Of a stretch of DNA of 64,000 bases, positions 17,556-27,006 are shown in pieces. The notes beneath the pieces were generated by a model, which ran no database searches, was not told the origin of the DNA, and worked only from the letters and a program-made list of their open reading frames with translations. This DNA comes from a virus. The stretch is taken from IMG/VR virus record IMGVR_UViG_3300044658_000058, positions 32,001-96,000 of that record, one strand, 5' to 3'. The translations under genes and the position numbers were made by a program. The number at the start of each line of letters is the position of its first letter. Position 1 is the first letter of the stretch.

Positions 17556-17885
17556 ATGACGACTTCGCCTTGGGCTAATTTCCAGCCCCCACAAGAACCA
17601 CAATCTGAATTCAAACCGTTCTTCTATGGGTTCGGTTCCAAAGAAATGAAAGAGCGGTTTCTAGCGAGAAATCAAGAGCTTAAAGAGAAATTGGAGCAAG
17701 CCAGCGTCCCAATTCTCGTCATTATGACATACTCAGTCGTTGACGTTCTGGTCGTGTCGTATAGGGACGATACCGACACAATCTGGATTGATCCTGAAAT
17801 TCCGGACGGTTTTTTCCGAATGTATCATGGCGATGATGGCAAAGCCGGTTTCAAAGAATTTAACTTTGATGAAAAACGGGATTGA
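17556..17885 (+). CDS. Hypothetical protein
   Basis: 109-aa ORF with AAGGA RBS. Confidence 0.7.
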   Translation: MTTSPWANFQPPQEPQSEFKPFFYGFGSKEMKERFLARNQELKEKLEQASVPILVIMTYSVVDVLVVSYRDDTDTIWIDPEIPDGFFRMYHGDDGKAGFKEFNFDEKRD

Positions 17886-17888
17886 ATT

Positions 17889-18080
17889 ATGGAAAAAGTT
17901 ATATATTGTCAGGAAATCAAGGCAGATGAATCCAGAAATTTGCCTATATATAGCAGAACCGTTTGGGAAGAGCCTTATTACGAACATGGCGATTCTTTTA
18001 ACGGTCGAGCGCTTCCTGTTTTGGTCGCCGCTGCATCGATAGCCGCTCTGATTTCCATCTTTTTGATGGCTGTTATCTGA
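17889..18080 (+). CDS. Small protein with C-terminal transmembrane helix
   Basis: Hydrophobic LPVLVAAASIAALISIFLMAVI end. Confidence 0.55.
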   Translation: MEKVIYCQEIKADESRNLPIYSRTVWEEPYYEHGDSFNGRALPVLVAAASIAALISIFLMAVI

Positions 18081-18087
18081 ACATTAA

Positions 18088-18164
18088 TGGAACGTAGCTT
18101 AGTCTGGTAAAGCCCCCAACTGATAATTGGGAGATCAGTGGTTCAAATCCACTCGTTCCAACCA
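18088..18164 (+). tRNA. tRNA-Ile(GAU)
   Basis: TGGAACG/CGTTCCA, CCCAA-CTGATAA-TTGGG, TTCAAAT, ACCA. Confidence 0.93.
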
Positions 18165-18232
18165 TTTAATTCATTGACATTCTCATATTATCCTATATGT
18201 TTCGGAAAATTATCCGAACACAAGGATTCGAT

Positions 18233-19039
18233 ATGGTAGACATCGCCCCTGAATTGGAGCCCGTCGATTATTTTGCCGACGTTAAGGCTAAGCTAATTGA
18301 AGCCAACAAAGATGACTTGGCAAACCAAGTCGGCGTTTTGCAAGCGCAAATCGTTCTGGCCAACGAAATCGGTCAGAAGGCTTTCCTTCACAAGCTGTCA
18401 TTCGCCTATAAGACCATCGAGAAAGAAATCCAAGCCATTGCTGGTGGCTGGAATCGATACGTCCTCGAAAAGGACATCAAAGCTTTCATCGACAAGGTGA
18501 CACCGAAGCACTCCGTCAAGATCATCGAATTGGAGCGCTTCCCACGGGCTATCCCGGTCGAAGTTTTGGAAAAAATCAAAGCCGCACAGGCGGCAAAAAT
18601 TTTCGACAATTTTGTGGTGGTCTTCACCGATTTCACAGGCTTGACACATTCCACGGTTCAAACCGAAACGGAAAAGAAGGTCATTGCCCGCAACAAAGAC
18701 CCAATCGTATTCGGCTATTTCACATCGCCTGAAACTGGAATTCGCTATGACAAATTCTATTTCATTGCTGATTGGGTCGATGAATATTGCGATCTGGATT
18801 TTTCCAAGCTTATCGAGCGTATGACGGAACTTGGGATCAAAAATCCCGTTCACGACCTTGATATCGATCCGATCATGGTTTCCAACATTGTGGAAACGGC
18901 TATGAAAGATATGATCGAAAAGTCGTCGCCAAGGAATTGGTCTGATAGCGTTAGAGTGGTCGAGAGAGAAATTCCAGAGAAGGTCAGCGTTTTCCAGAAA
19001 ATCAAAAATTTCATCGTTGAAAATGGGAAAATCGGCTGA
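18233..19039 (+). CDS. Conserved hypothetical phage protein
   Basis: AAGGA RBS before ATG 18233; FPRAIP, KDPIVFG, FYFIADW.DEYCDL motifs. Confidence 0.75.
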   Translation: MVDIAPELEPVDYFADVKAKLIEANKDDLANQVGVLQAQIVLANEIGQKAFLHKLSFAYKTIEKEIQAIAGGWNRYVLEKDIKAFIDKVTPKHSVKIIELERFPRAIPVEVLEKIKAAQAAKIFDNFVVVFTDFTGLTHSTVQTETEKKVIARNKDPIVFGYFTSPETGIRYDKFYFIADWVDEYCDLDFSKLIERMTELGIKNPVHDLDIDPIMVSNIVETAMKDMIEKSSPRNWSDSVRVVEREIPEKVSVFQKIKNFIVENGKIG

Positions 19040-19527
19040 TGGAACACCTTCCCGAAGAAATCGACCTGACATTTGGTCGATTGTTTTCAACGGAATGGAA
19101 CGACAAGTTCGATAACGTTCGTCGGTATATAAACTATACCGAGGATGTTGGTGAGCTATACAATTTGACTGGCCAATTCCGGATGTTGGAAAATCTTACA
19201 TTCGTCATCACACCACATCCATGGGCCGAAACGATCTTCAAAAAAGATTTGTGGGATCATGATAGCAATCGAGATGCATGGTTGTGGACGTATCAAAGGT
19301 TTTTTGGCGAATATCCGTCTATGACAGAGGAAGAAAAGCGATCTTCCGAGTTGATGTACTATGAAATGTACGACGGAAAAACTTGTGAGTATTGTGTTAA
19401 CACTATTGACTTTTTTACAAAGAGTCGATACAGTGGTATGTGTAACATCTGCACGGAACGTGAAGACTATATAAGAAAGCACGGCTTCTTTGCAGAAGAA
19501 ATCTTAGATACTCCATGGTTGGAATAG
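19039..19527 (+). CDS. Hypothetical protein with two CxxC pairs
   Basis: CEYC...CNIC. Confidence 0.7.
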   Translation: MEHLPEEIDLTFGRLFSTEWNDKFDNVRRYINYTEDVGELYNLTGQFRMLENLTFVITPHPWAETIFKKDLWDHDSNRDAWLWTYQRFFGEYPSMTEEEKRSSELMYYEMYDGKTCEYCVNTIDFFTKSRYSGMCNICTEREDYIRKHGFFAEEILDTPWLE

Positions 19528-19528
19528 C

Positions 19529-19999
19529 GTGAGTAAGGACATTATAATGGGATCACCGGAAGTAACAAGAGACAAGGCCGCAGTTTTTGACAAGCTGCTT
19601 GGCAAACGTTTGGAAGAGATTATCGACAAGATCGGTACGCTTGGAAATCTCTCCAATCCGTACAACTATACATTCACCGAAGAAAAATGGGAAGACGCCT
19701 TTAAAAGGCTTGACGCTTCCGTGGCGGCGCTGAAAGAACGTGCTGCAAAAGGTTTGAGGGACCAACCGCTTGTTGGGACCGGTCGCCGCAAGAAAGATGC
19801 ATCGCCGGACTCTGGCACTGAAACCGCTCCGGTACAATCCGAAGAACAGCCCGGTGACACCGGCACAAGCCCGTCATTGGCGGAAACGACTTCGGCTCTG
19901 GTCGATGAAGCGAGCGAAGCGGCCAAACAGGCACAACGGGAAGAAATGGAACGTATCGAGAAAGAGGATGTTCCTGACTTCCTGAAAAAGAAAGCGTAA
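19529..19999 (+). CDS. Hypothetical protein
   Basis: 156-aa ORF, LGNLSN..NYTFTEE motif, low-complexity C-terminus. Confidence 0.7.
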   Translation: MSKDIIMGSPEVTRDKAAVFDKLLGKRLEEIIDKIGTLGNLSNPYNYTFTEEKWEDAFKRLDASVAALKERAAKGLRDQPLVGTGRRKKDASPDSGTETAPVQSEEQPGDTGTSPSLAETTSALVDEASEAAKQAQREEMERIEKEDVPDFLKKKA

Positions 20000-20040
20000 T
20001 GTTCGACCACGCTATTTCTTAAAGTCGCATACATTTCGAG

Positions 20041-20077
20041 GGGTTCACTGGCGGAAGCTGGTGAGCCCCTTTTTTTC
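20041..20077 (+). terminator. Rho-independent terminator
   Basis: GGGTTCACTGGC-GGAA-GCTGGTGAGCCC followed by a T run. Confidence 0.75.
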
Positions 20078-20120
20078 ATAAATATTACATGTACTTCCCT
20101 CCTACTAAGAAAGGCTATAT

Positions 20121-20879
20121 TTGGCACTATTTAAGTATATTGTAAATGGTATTAAAACTCTTACAATAATCGGCCTTATTGCATTAACGACGTACCCATA
20201 CTATCAGAGATATCACGATATTCCGATCACGACTAATATAAAATCAACAGTCGCTATCGAAAATAGAATGATCATAACCGATCCCAAAACTGGCGAACAA
20301 CAAAGAGGCGCAGCGGTTGGGGCCGGTGTTATTATAAACAGTCAGTTCATTTTGACTGTTCAGCATCTAATAAACGACAATCCTAACGGCGACAAGAAAA
20401 ATAACTTCATCGTTCACACAAACGATGAAAGAAGCATCGAAGCAGAGCTTTATTCCGTGACGAAACAAAAGCTAAGCTCGGGTGAGACTGTAGATTTGAT
20501 GGTTCTCAAATTAGCTTCGCCATTGGAAGGTTATCCCGCAGCAAAATTCTCTTGTGTCAAGCCGCAAATTGGAGATTCTATTCACACAATCGGCACTCCA
20601 CAAGGATTCCCATTCATGATTCAGTTTGGTAACGTCGCAAAATTGAGATTACCAAAGGGAGATGCTTTGGATGACCGTTATGTTGTGGATATGAGTATAT
20701 TCCATGGCAATTCCGGTGGCCCTGTTTTTGATTCTCATGGTTTTGTCGTCGGCCTTTCTGATGCCATTCTCTATTGGGAAGACGAATTCGGTAAACATCC
20801 TTCGCCAATTGCTTTGATCATGTCGCCGGTCGATATGTGCAATTTCATGGATAGCCTGAACATAAAATATTCCGCTTGA
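20121..20879 (+). CDS. Membrane-anchored trypsin-like serine protease
   Basis: N-terminal hydrophobic helix; LTVQH, DLMVLKL, GNSGGP triad; CATAAATA upstream. Confidence 0.88.
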   Translation: MALFKYIVNGIKTLTIIGLIALTTYPYYQRYHDIPITTNIKSTVAIENRMIITDPKTGEQQRGAAVGAGVIINSQFILTVQHLINDNPNGDKKNNFIVHTNDERSIEAELYSVTKQKLSSGETVDLMVLKLASPLEGYPAAKFSCVKPQIGDSIHTIGTPQGFPFMIQFGNVAKLRLPKGDALDDRYVVDMSIFHGNSGGPVFDSHGFVVGLSDAILYWEDEFGKHPSPIALIMSPVDMCNFMDSLNIKYSA

Positions 20880-20905
20880 CAACTCTCTAATTACTCATTA
20901 TATGA
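20876..20905 (+). promoter_or_regulatory. Sigma70-type early promoter
   Basis: TTGACA-17 nt-TATATG. Confidence 0.6.
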
Positions 20906-20931
20906 GGGAAGTAATGAGAGGGAGTTGACGG

Positions 20932-21123
20932 ATGTATTTGGCACCGGTCGTTGTTTCGCAGAATTTCCACCACGGGTACAAGGTGGAGTTCGAAACCGGC
21001 AAACGTCTTCGGACGCTGGTGGATGAAAATTCGGACGATCTTTCGCAGGCACAGGCCCGGAAGCTTGTCCACACGCTCGAAAGCCACGGCCACAAGGCCG
21101 TGTGGCTGGTCGAAGGCGAATAA
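20932..21123 (+). CDS. Hypothetical protein
   Basis: GGAG RBS, 63 aa. Confidence 0.6.
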   Translation: MYLAPVVVSQNFHHGYKVEFETGKRLRTLVDENSDDLSQAQARKLVHTLESHGHKAVWLVEGE

Positions 21124-21196
21124 GGAATGAACATGCACAAGAAAGACCCACGTTTCTCCGTCGATTAAGCAGTCTAACGCTTAATCGGAGAAATAA

Positions 21197-21730
21197 ATGA
21201 CTATCACTGTTAAATCCACCAATGGGCGGATTTGGACTTTCGATTCTCTTGAAGACGCTGTTGTCAAGATGAATCGTGAATTTCCTATTGCCAATTTGAA
21301 GTACGGTTCACTTCGTTGGTATTCCAAGACCTATGATTTCCACTTTGGTTGTGGCGATTACGTTGTTTATCGTGACGAAATCGGCATTATCCCTGTGTGG
21401 CGAATCAAGGAAGCTTTCTATAATCTTCCTCTTGAAGTTAGAGAGCCAACATATTGGTACTGGCGTTGGCGCAAAGCTCACGCCAAGCCAGAACACTTCC
21501 GTAAGTATCCTGTCCCTCACACCGGTTCTCGCCGGTACGGTCATGACCGCCGAATCCGTACTCTGAATGAGTTGAAAGCTGAATGTGCTTTCGAACTGGA
21601 CGAAGATGTTGTGGACTACAAAATCAAGCGCCGGGCACGATACATTCCGGATGATAGAGAGGATTACGTCACCTATGTTCCTCGCTGTCACAACTGGAAA
21701 AAGTTTCGTCGCCATCAATGGAAGGGTTGA
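21197..21730 (+). CDS. Basic hypothetical protein
   Basis: GGAG RBS; FRKYPVPHTG...NWKKFRRHQWK. Confidence 0.75.
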   Translation: MTITVKSTNGRIWTFDSLEDAVVKMNREFPIANLKYGSLRWYSKTYDFHFGCGDYVVYRDEIGIIPVWRIKEAFYNLPLEVREPTYWYWRWRKAHAKPEHFRKYPVPHTGSRRYGHDRRIRTLNELKAECAFELDEDVVDYKIKRRARYIPDDREDYVTYVPRCHNWKKFRRHQWKG

Positions 21731-21760
21731 CTTAAAAACGAATCTCGCTACAAGGGCAAT

Positions 21761-21878
21761 GGTCGGTTGGCTTCTGAACCCCAACGTCCCCCGCAGGGAG
21801 CCACCGATGCAGTGACATGAGTACCATCTGATTTTCGCCTCGGCTGTCAGATGTGGAAAATGTCACTGCTTTTGTTTT
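21761..21878 (+). ncRNA. Candidate two-hairpin small RNA
   Basis: TCGGTTGGCT/AGCCACCGA stem with C-rich loop; GCAGTGACAT/ATGTCACTGC stem followed by a T tract; TTGACT upstream. Confidence 0.45.
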
Positions 21879-21966
21879 AAGGTACAAATATGCGTCATAA
21901 AATTTTCGAGAATGTGATTCGAAAATTTTACGAAGAAACAGCGCCAGATTGGTTGACAAGAACCGA

Positions 21967-22278
21967 ATGAGCTACAAACTGTTTTTGGATGATGAAAGAA
22001 ATCCTGTTTCCCCGAACGAATGGAAGATCGCCCGTTCCTTCGAAGAAGCTTGTCGGCTTTTTGATGAATTCGGAGCGCCGTCCTTCATCAGCTTTGACCA
22101 TGATCTTGGACAATCGCTTAGCGGTTACGACTACGCAAAATGGCTTGTCGATAAGGATCAAGATCAAGACTTCCTGACAGAGGAATTTGCCTACTATGTT
22201 CATTCTCAAAACCCGATTGGGAAACAGAACATCGAAGGGCTTTTGGATACTTATCTAGGAATGAAGTTCAGCCGTTGA
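21967..22278 (+). CDS. Receiver-like (cyclic-phosphate-processing receiver type) domain protein
   Basis: KLFLDDER, ISFDHDLG, SGYD, HSQNPIG motifs. Confidence 0.8.
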   Translation: MSYKLFLDDERNPVSPNEWKIARSFEEACRLFDEFGAPSFISFDHDLGQSLSGYDYAKWLVDKDQDQDFLTEEFAYYVHSQNPIGKQNIEGLLDTYLGMKFSR

Positions 22279-22285
22279 GGGCTAC

Positions 22286-22447
22286 ATGCGAACATTTTTA
22301 TCTCCAAAACACAGAATCAAGGCAGAATTTGAAGATTCTTTATATAAGAAATTGGAGGAAAAGCTTGGTGTTGAAGAGATGAAAAAGCAGATAGACGATA
22401 TCCTATCTGCACTTGACGACAAGGCTGATGCATCATCCAAAGTATGA
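22286..22447 (+). CDS. Small hypothetical protein (53 aa)
   Basis: GAGG RBS; MRTFLSPKHRIKAEFEDSLYKKLEEK... Confidence 0.5.
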   Translation: MRTFLSPKHRIKAEFEDSLYKKLEEKLGVEEMKKQIDDILSALDDKADASSKV

Positions 22448-22625
22448 TCCCATGACCGTCCAATTTGAAAAATGTAAGCCAGATTGCCCCGAATGTGGTG
22501 GTAACCAACATATTGGTGGTGATACGGAATCGCTATGGGCTTGCACAATTTCTGTGAGGCGGTATCGGAAGGCGATAGACGAAGCTGAAAACGAAAAGGG
22601 GAACCGAAGTTCCCCTAATGCTTAG
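22428..22625 (+). CDS. Small Cys-rich hypothetical protein
   Basis: CKPDCPECGG...WAC. Confidence 0.45.
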   Translation: MHHPKYDPMTVQFEKCKPDCPECGGNQHIGGDTESLWACTISVRRYRKAIDEAENEKGNRSSPNA

Positions 22626-22753
22626 TTTGCGTCCTGATTGCTATTGCCACCGGCATGGTCGCCAACGGCAGGAACATCAACTGGACCGTTACCGCAAGCA
22701 GCAACGGAAACACCAATAACAACAAGCATAATTGCAGCAAAAATTGCCTTCAT
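22622..22753 (-). CDS. Small lipoprotein (43 aa)
   Basis: MKAIFAAIMLVVIGVSVAA-CGNGP: basic N-terminus, hydrophobic region, VAAC lipobox; GAGGG RBS. Confidence 0.7.
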   Translation of the reverse strand: MKAIFAAIMLVVIGVSVAACGNGPVDVPAVGDHAGGNSNQDAN

Positions 22754-22798
22754 TTGATTTTACCCTCTTGGTTGTATAAGACGATTTGTTCGTCTGTA

Positions 22799-23518
22799 CT
22801 ATTTATCTATTTTGGAAGCTCTGTATCCTTTGGAATGGCCATATCGGATAAGATTGGCGTGACTAACGTCATTGGCTTTGCCCCAAGCGTTAAGGCTGGT
22901 GATTTCCTCTTGGTGCCCGTCTGGATAAGTAATCAGCCATTTTGACGCCATAGATTTGGAAATTTTATTTTTCCATTCCTCTGAATGCTTTTTGCCTCGA
23001 TTTGCCTCATGCATCTTGGCGACGTTTTCACGATTGACATCAATTCGGGTAGCGGCAGAATCACGCAACTTTGCCTTGGTTTCTTCGGACATGGCTTTCC
23101 CTTTATTCCAAGGGACGTAATCTTTTTTCGCTTCACGCATTTTCTGTTTGGCTTCCTCTGTGTGTTTCTTTCCATAAAATGGGTTGTCTGGACCGGAGAA
23201 AGATGGAGGACGGCAGTCGATAAGATGATTCAAAAGAATGCCATGGAAATCATAGTTCAAGCGGCCATATGTCCGAATTAGCTCTGCTTCCATATCATAA
23301 GCTACACTTTCTTCAAGATTGTCTTGAAGAATTTTTATCTCTGGGTCTTTGCCATATAGTTTGCGAATCTTCGCTATTCGTCCGTTGAGCCGTTTGTTAT
23401 GGCAATATTCTGGTTTGTCGGTAAGATGTTGCTTGTAACGATTACCGGTTCCTTTGCCAATATATAAAGGTCGGTCAGAATTTGGATCGATAATGGCGTA
23501 TACGTAGTATTTGTTCAT
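22799..23518 (-). CDS. Free-standing GIY-YIG homing endonuclease with NUMOD3 repeats
   Basis: YVY...YIGKG..R, conserved Glu, NPFYGKKHTEE, GKKHSEE; own TAAATA late promoter at 23545. Confidence 0.88.
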   Translation of the reverse strand: MNKYYVYAIIDPNSDRPLYIGKGTGNRYKQHLTDKPEYCHNKRLNGRIAKIRKLYGKDPEIKILQDNLEESVAYDMEAELIRTYGRLNYDFHGILLNHLIDCRPPSFSGPDNPFYGKKHTEEAKQKMREAKKDYVPWNKGKAMSEETKAKLRDSAATRIDVNRENVAKMHEANRGKKHSEEWKNKISKSMASKWLITYPDGHQEEITSLNAWGKANDVSHANLIRYGHSKGYRASKIDK

Positions 23519-23560
23519 TTGAGTTCCTTATGAATTACTACGTGTATTTAGCACAAAAGT

Positions 23561-23580
23561 AAAGGGGCCGAAGCCCCTGA
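23561..23580 (-). terminator. Terminator after the major capsid gene
   Basis: AGGGGC-TTCG-GCCCCT followed by TTT on the minus strand. Confidence 0.7.
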
Positions 23581-23616
23581 ACTTGATTTTTGTCTTTCTT
23601 TGGTTTACACCAAGTT

Positions 23617-24996
23617 TTAGACAAGATTTTTTACGACAAAACCTCTGTAATATGAGTTCTTCTTGTTCACGTGGATAGCGCCGTCCGCTGCCGATGTGGC
23701 GAATGGGTGAGCAACCATGCCGTAACGTGTCTTGAAGCCAATCTTAGGCTGGAAAGTATCCTGACCTACGGCACGGTACATCTGCAATGGGATGTATGGG
23801 CAGTAGAACATACCGGCGTCGAATGACGAAGTACCCTTGTAACCAACTACGGCAATCTGATTGCCCGCAGAAGAGTTCGCATATGGGTCAATGTAAACCT
23901 TGTACTGGCCGAACAGAGTACCAGCGAAGGTGTTACCAGTGTCGTCAACTTCAAGAGTTTCCTTCTGCATTGCAGACTGGTAGTCGAGATAGCCAGCCAT
24001 ACGGAAGGCAGACGCTACGTCTGACGAGCAGAGAACGAAGTTACCCTTACCACGACGGGTTGCCTTGGCAATGGCGTTAGCTTCACGTTCGATCTGGAAC
24101 AGAAGACCCTTGAACTTTTCAACCATCCAACGACCGTTTGAGTCAACGTCAAGGTCGTAATAACCAGCGGTCGCTACGTTGTCCTGTGCACCGATTGTAG
24201 CGGTTGCATAGATGGAACGGATAACCTGACGGTTAATTTCGGCAAGAATTTCCGAAGAAAGGATGTTCGAAAGTTCTGTTTCAGCGTCCAAACCGTGCAC
24301 GGCCTTCAAGTCCTGTGCAAGTTCGTGTGAGTATTCAGCCTTCAAAGCACGGGACATTGCTGTCACCGAAATCTTTTCAATGCTGAATGACATTTCTTGG
24401 AACTGGTTAGTTGAGTTAGAACCCAGACCTTCCGCAGTTGTTCTTGTCATACCGGTAGCGAATGTGTAAGCAGTGTTACCAGTTGTGATAAGCAACGTTG
24501 GGTCAGTACCAGTCTGCGCACCACCAACCGAAGTCAACTGTGCAGTGTTACCCGCAGCCGAAGCCGACCAGTTAGTTAGAGGTTCGTTGAAGAGAGCTTC
24601 CGTACCTGTCTGATTCTGGTAACGAGAACGCAACGCAAAGATCAAACCAGTAGGCAATGTCATTGGCTGAACGCCGCAAAGATCGTAAGCGATCAAGTTT
24701 GGCATCGAACGACGGATCAACGAAATCAACACAGGGTCATAAGTATCGATAGCGCCGTCACCAGCGTTCGAAGAAGATGCACCCATAGAGTTTGTTGGTG
24801 AAGTTGGAGCCGCTTCAAGCAAGTAAGTCAAAGACTGAGTCTTGTCACGGGCAACCGTTTCCATGTTGGCCTTCAACTGATTTTCCAGAAGAATCGCAAC
24901 AGTCGAACGACGGTGCGAGTCTCTGATCTTTGGAAGGTCTTCATGGTCAAGGACCGGAGCCCACTTTTCCATCAATGTATTGATATCGTATTCCAT
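23617..24996 (-). CDS. gp23: Major capsid protein
   Basis: KWAPVL, DPVLISLIRR.MPNLIAYD.CGVQPM, LAQDLKAVHGLDAE, FYCPY.PL, FKTRYG. Confidence 0.98.
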   Translation of the reverse strand: MEYDINTLMEKWAPVLDHEDLPKIRDSHRRSTVAILLENQLKANMETVARDKTQSLTYLLEAAPTSPTNSMGASSSNAGDGAIDTYDPVLISLIRRSMPNLIAYDLCGVQPMTLPTGLIFALRSRYQNQTGTEALFNEPLTNWSASAAGNTAQLTSVGGAQTGTDPTLLITTGNTAYTFATGMTRTTAEGLGSNSTNQFQEMSFSIEKISVTAMSRALKAEYSHELAQDLKAVHGLDAETELSNILSSEILAEINRQVIRSIYATATIGAQDNVATAGYYDLDVDSNGRWMVEKFKGLLFQIEREANAIAKATRRGKGNFVLCSSDVASAFRMAGYLDYQSAMQKETLEVDDTGNTFAGTLFGQYKVYIDPYANSSAGNQIAVVGYKGTSSFDAGMFYCPYIPLQMYRAVGQDTFQPKIGFKTRYGMVAHPFATSAADGAIHVNKKNSYYRGFVVKNLV

Positions 24997-25032
24997 TTTT
25001 ACTTTAATCTCCTGTTAGGAATTCTTTAATAT

Positions 25033-25040
25033 TATTTAGC
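25033..25040 (-). promoter_or_regulatory. T4-type late promoter (NNTAAATA)
   Basis: GCTAAATA before gp23; the same TAAATA core precedes other late genes at 26330, 28641, 31008, 33060, 43700, 48291, 48792, 61478 and 63026. Confidence 0.75.
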
Positions 25041-25042
25041 AA

Positions 25043-26290
25043 TTAGCGATTTTTACGAAGAGTCTTGGTCATAGAAGCTGCAATTACCTGACCGACTGGA
25101 TTTACATCCTTAACCGGAGAGGCATCTACTTCTTCTGTAATCACAACAGGTTCATCGTCGGCATCAATAGAAGTCTTCTTCACGTCCTTAGCGAAATAAG
25201 ATTCTTTCAAATCTTTAATCTGGCTAACGAAATCGTCTTCGTCTTCGAATTCAATGCCTTCTGCGAGCATAACTAGACGTTCTTTCTGATTTGCAGAAAG
25301 ACCATCAACATGTTCCATTACCAATGCAGTCTTCTTTGACTCATTAAGTTCGTTTGCAAGAGCAACGTTCTTATTGATTTCTTCGTCAAGAGAAGCTTCA
25401 AGTGTGCCAACACGGGCCACAAGTTCTTCAACAATATCTACTTTTTCATCTGGAATTTCGATATAGTGTTCTTCGAACAAGTTCTTCAAACCAACAAGGA
25501 ATGATTCAGCAATTTCGGTACGAACGTTAGACTGAATTTCAACCTTATTTTCTTCAAGCCATTCAGAAACAACCTTATCAAGGTAGTCGTCCATCTTTTC
25601 TACAAGATTTTCGACGAATACTTCCTGATCTTTTTCGTTCTGTTCAAGAATCTGTTCAACAACTTCCGAGATAACTTCGTTAGCAGCCGCAATTACAGCA
25701 GTTTCGAAGATATTCTTTGTCTTTTCTTTGAACGATTCGGTCAAATCTTCCTTGCCAAGCAAGGCTTCAAGGTGTTCAGCAACGTCCAAATCTTCCTTGG
25801 TTACTTTGCGAACCTTGATATCAACTTCGTTGCCGCCGTTGTCATCAGAATCATCGTCGTCGCCTGAGTCGTCATCCGAGCCCGCTGCATCGGCTGGCTT
25901 CTTGATCTTGACTTCCTTACCGGCGTTGTCGTCATCCTGTGAATCGTCGTTGTCATTATCCACATCATCGTTCATGTCTTCATCGGCATTACCTTCACCG
26001 ATCACAGAAGCTTTATTCTTCTGCTTGAATTTCTTGTGGTTGATGTCTTTCTGATTGTCGTTCTTTGCAGCGTCAATACCAGCTTCGATCTTTGAATTGT
26101 CAGCGGCTACGTTATCAACGTCGCCCGGAAGGTCTGGACCAGTTTTCTTAAGGTCTTTCTTAGCTGGAACGTTCTTACGCTTGTCGAAAACAACTTCTGG
26201 AACTTCCGAAACCTTGTCGTCTGACTTGAAAGCTTCTTCAAGAGCCTTTTCTTTTACTGACTTTTTGATTTCATTCAAAAGCTTTGACAT
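25043..26290 (-). CDS. gp22: Prohead core scaffold protein with acidic N-terminal extension
   Basis: L.ESFKEK...IFETAV, DDYLD.VV.EW..EN, LF.EHYIEIP. Confidence 0.9.
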   Translation of the reverse strand: MSKLLNEIKKSVKEKALEEAFKSDDKVSEVPEVVFDKRKNVPAKKDLKKTGPDLPGDVDNVAADNSKIEAGIDAAKNDNQKDINHKKFKQKNKASVIGEGNADEDMNDDVDNDNDDSQDDDNAGKEVKIKKPADAAGSDDDSGDDDDSDDNGGNEVDIKVRKVTKEDLDVAEHLEALLGKEDLTESFKEKTKNIFETAVIAAANEVISEVVEQILEQNEKDQEVFVENLVEKMDDYLDKVVSEWLEENKVEIQSNVRTEIAESFLVGLKNLFEEHYIEIPDEKVDIVEELVARVGTLEASLDEEINKNVALANELNESKKTALVMEHVDGLSANQKERLVMLAEGIEFEDEDDFVSQIKDLKESYFAKDVKKTSIDADDEPVVITEEVDASPVKDVNPVGQVIAASMTKTLRKNR

Positions 26291-26355
26291 GTTAACTGTA
26301 TTCTCCTAGAGAGTGATAATTTCTTGTTTTATTTAGCAAACAGAGTATTTTACTG

Positions 26356-27000
26356 TTAAGATTTGAGAAACTTAGAAAAAGCGTTAAGGAACTGCTTTTC
26401 ACGAAGCTCTCTGTTCTTCACTGTTTTGATTGTCTGAATTTCTTCAACAATACGTTCTTTCTTCTGCCATTCGACGCCATCGAAAATCCATTCGACGCCT
26501 TCAACCAATGACTCGACAAAGCATCCCGGTCCCGATGGTTCGGCCACGATATCAACTGTCATGAGCTTGAAATCCGGCTGAACGACTTTGAGGCCATTCG
26601 ATTCCTTGATCGAACCAAGGCCACGGCTGGACACGCCAAGGCGAATACCTTCGTCAAGGAAGGTCTTTGCGATCTTGCCGCATGGGGTATCGAGAATCTT
26701 CGCCTTGCCGAACACGATGTTTTCGTTCATCGTCAACTGAGTGATGATGTGCGATACACGGTCGAGATTAAGGGTTGGGTTCGATGGATGACCCAATTCG
26801 CCCATGGCACGATTTTCAGAGATAATCTGTGCGTAACGGCCCAACTCACCTTCAAGAACAGAACGTGGGTAAACACGCTTGTTTCCATTCAAAGTTTCTG
26901 CAACCATGAATGGACCTTTAATGAAGTATTGTTTGATCCCGTCTTTTTCTTCTTTCAGAAGTTCGATAGATTCGTTAAGTTCTTCGGTAAGTAAAAGCAT
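26356..27000 (-). CDS. gp21: Prohead protease
   Basis: N.NKRVYP, GELGHP, VSH, GVSSRGLGS. Confidence 0.96.
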   Translation of the reverse strand: MLLLTEELNESIELLKEEKDGIKQYFIKGPFMVAETLNGNKRVYPRSVLEGELGRYAQIISENRAMGELGHPSNPTLNLDRVSHIITQLTMNENIVFGKAKILDTPCGKIAKTFLDEGIRLGVSSRGLGSIKESNGLKVVQPDFKLMTVDIVAEPSGPGCFVESLVEGVEWIFDGVEWQKKERIVEEIQTIKTVKNRELREKQFLNAFSKFLKS

Positions 27001-27006
27001 TCTTGT

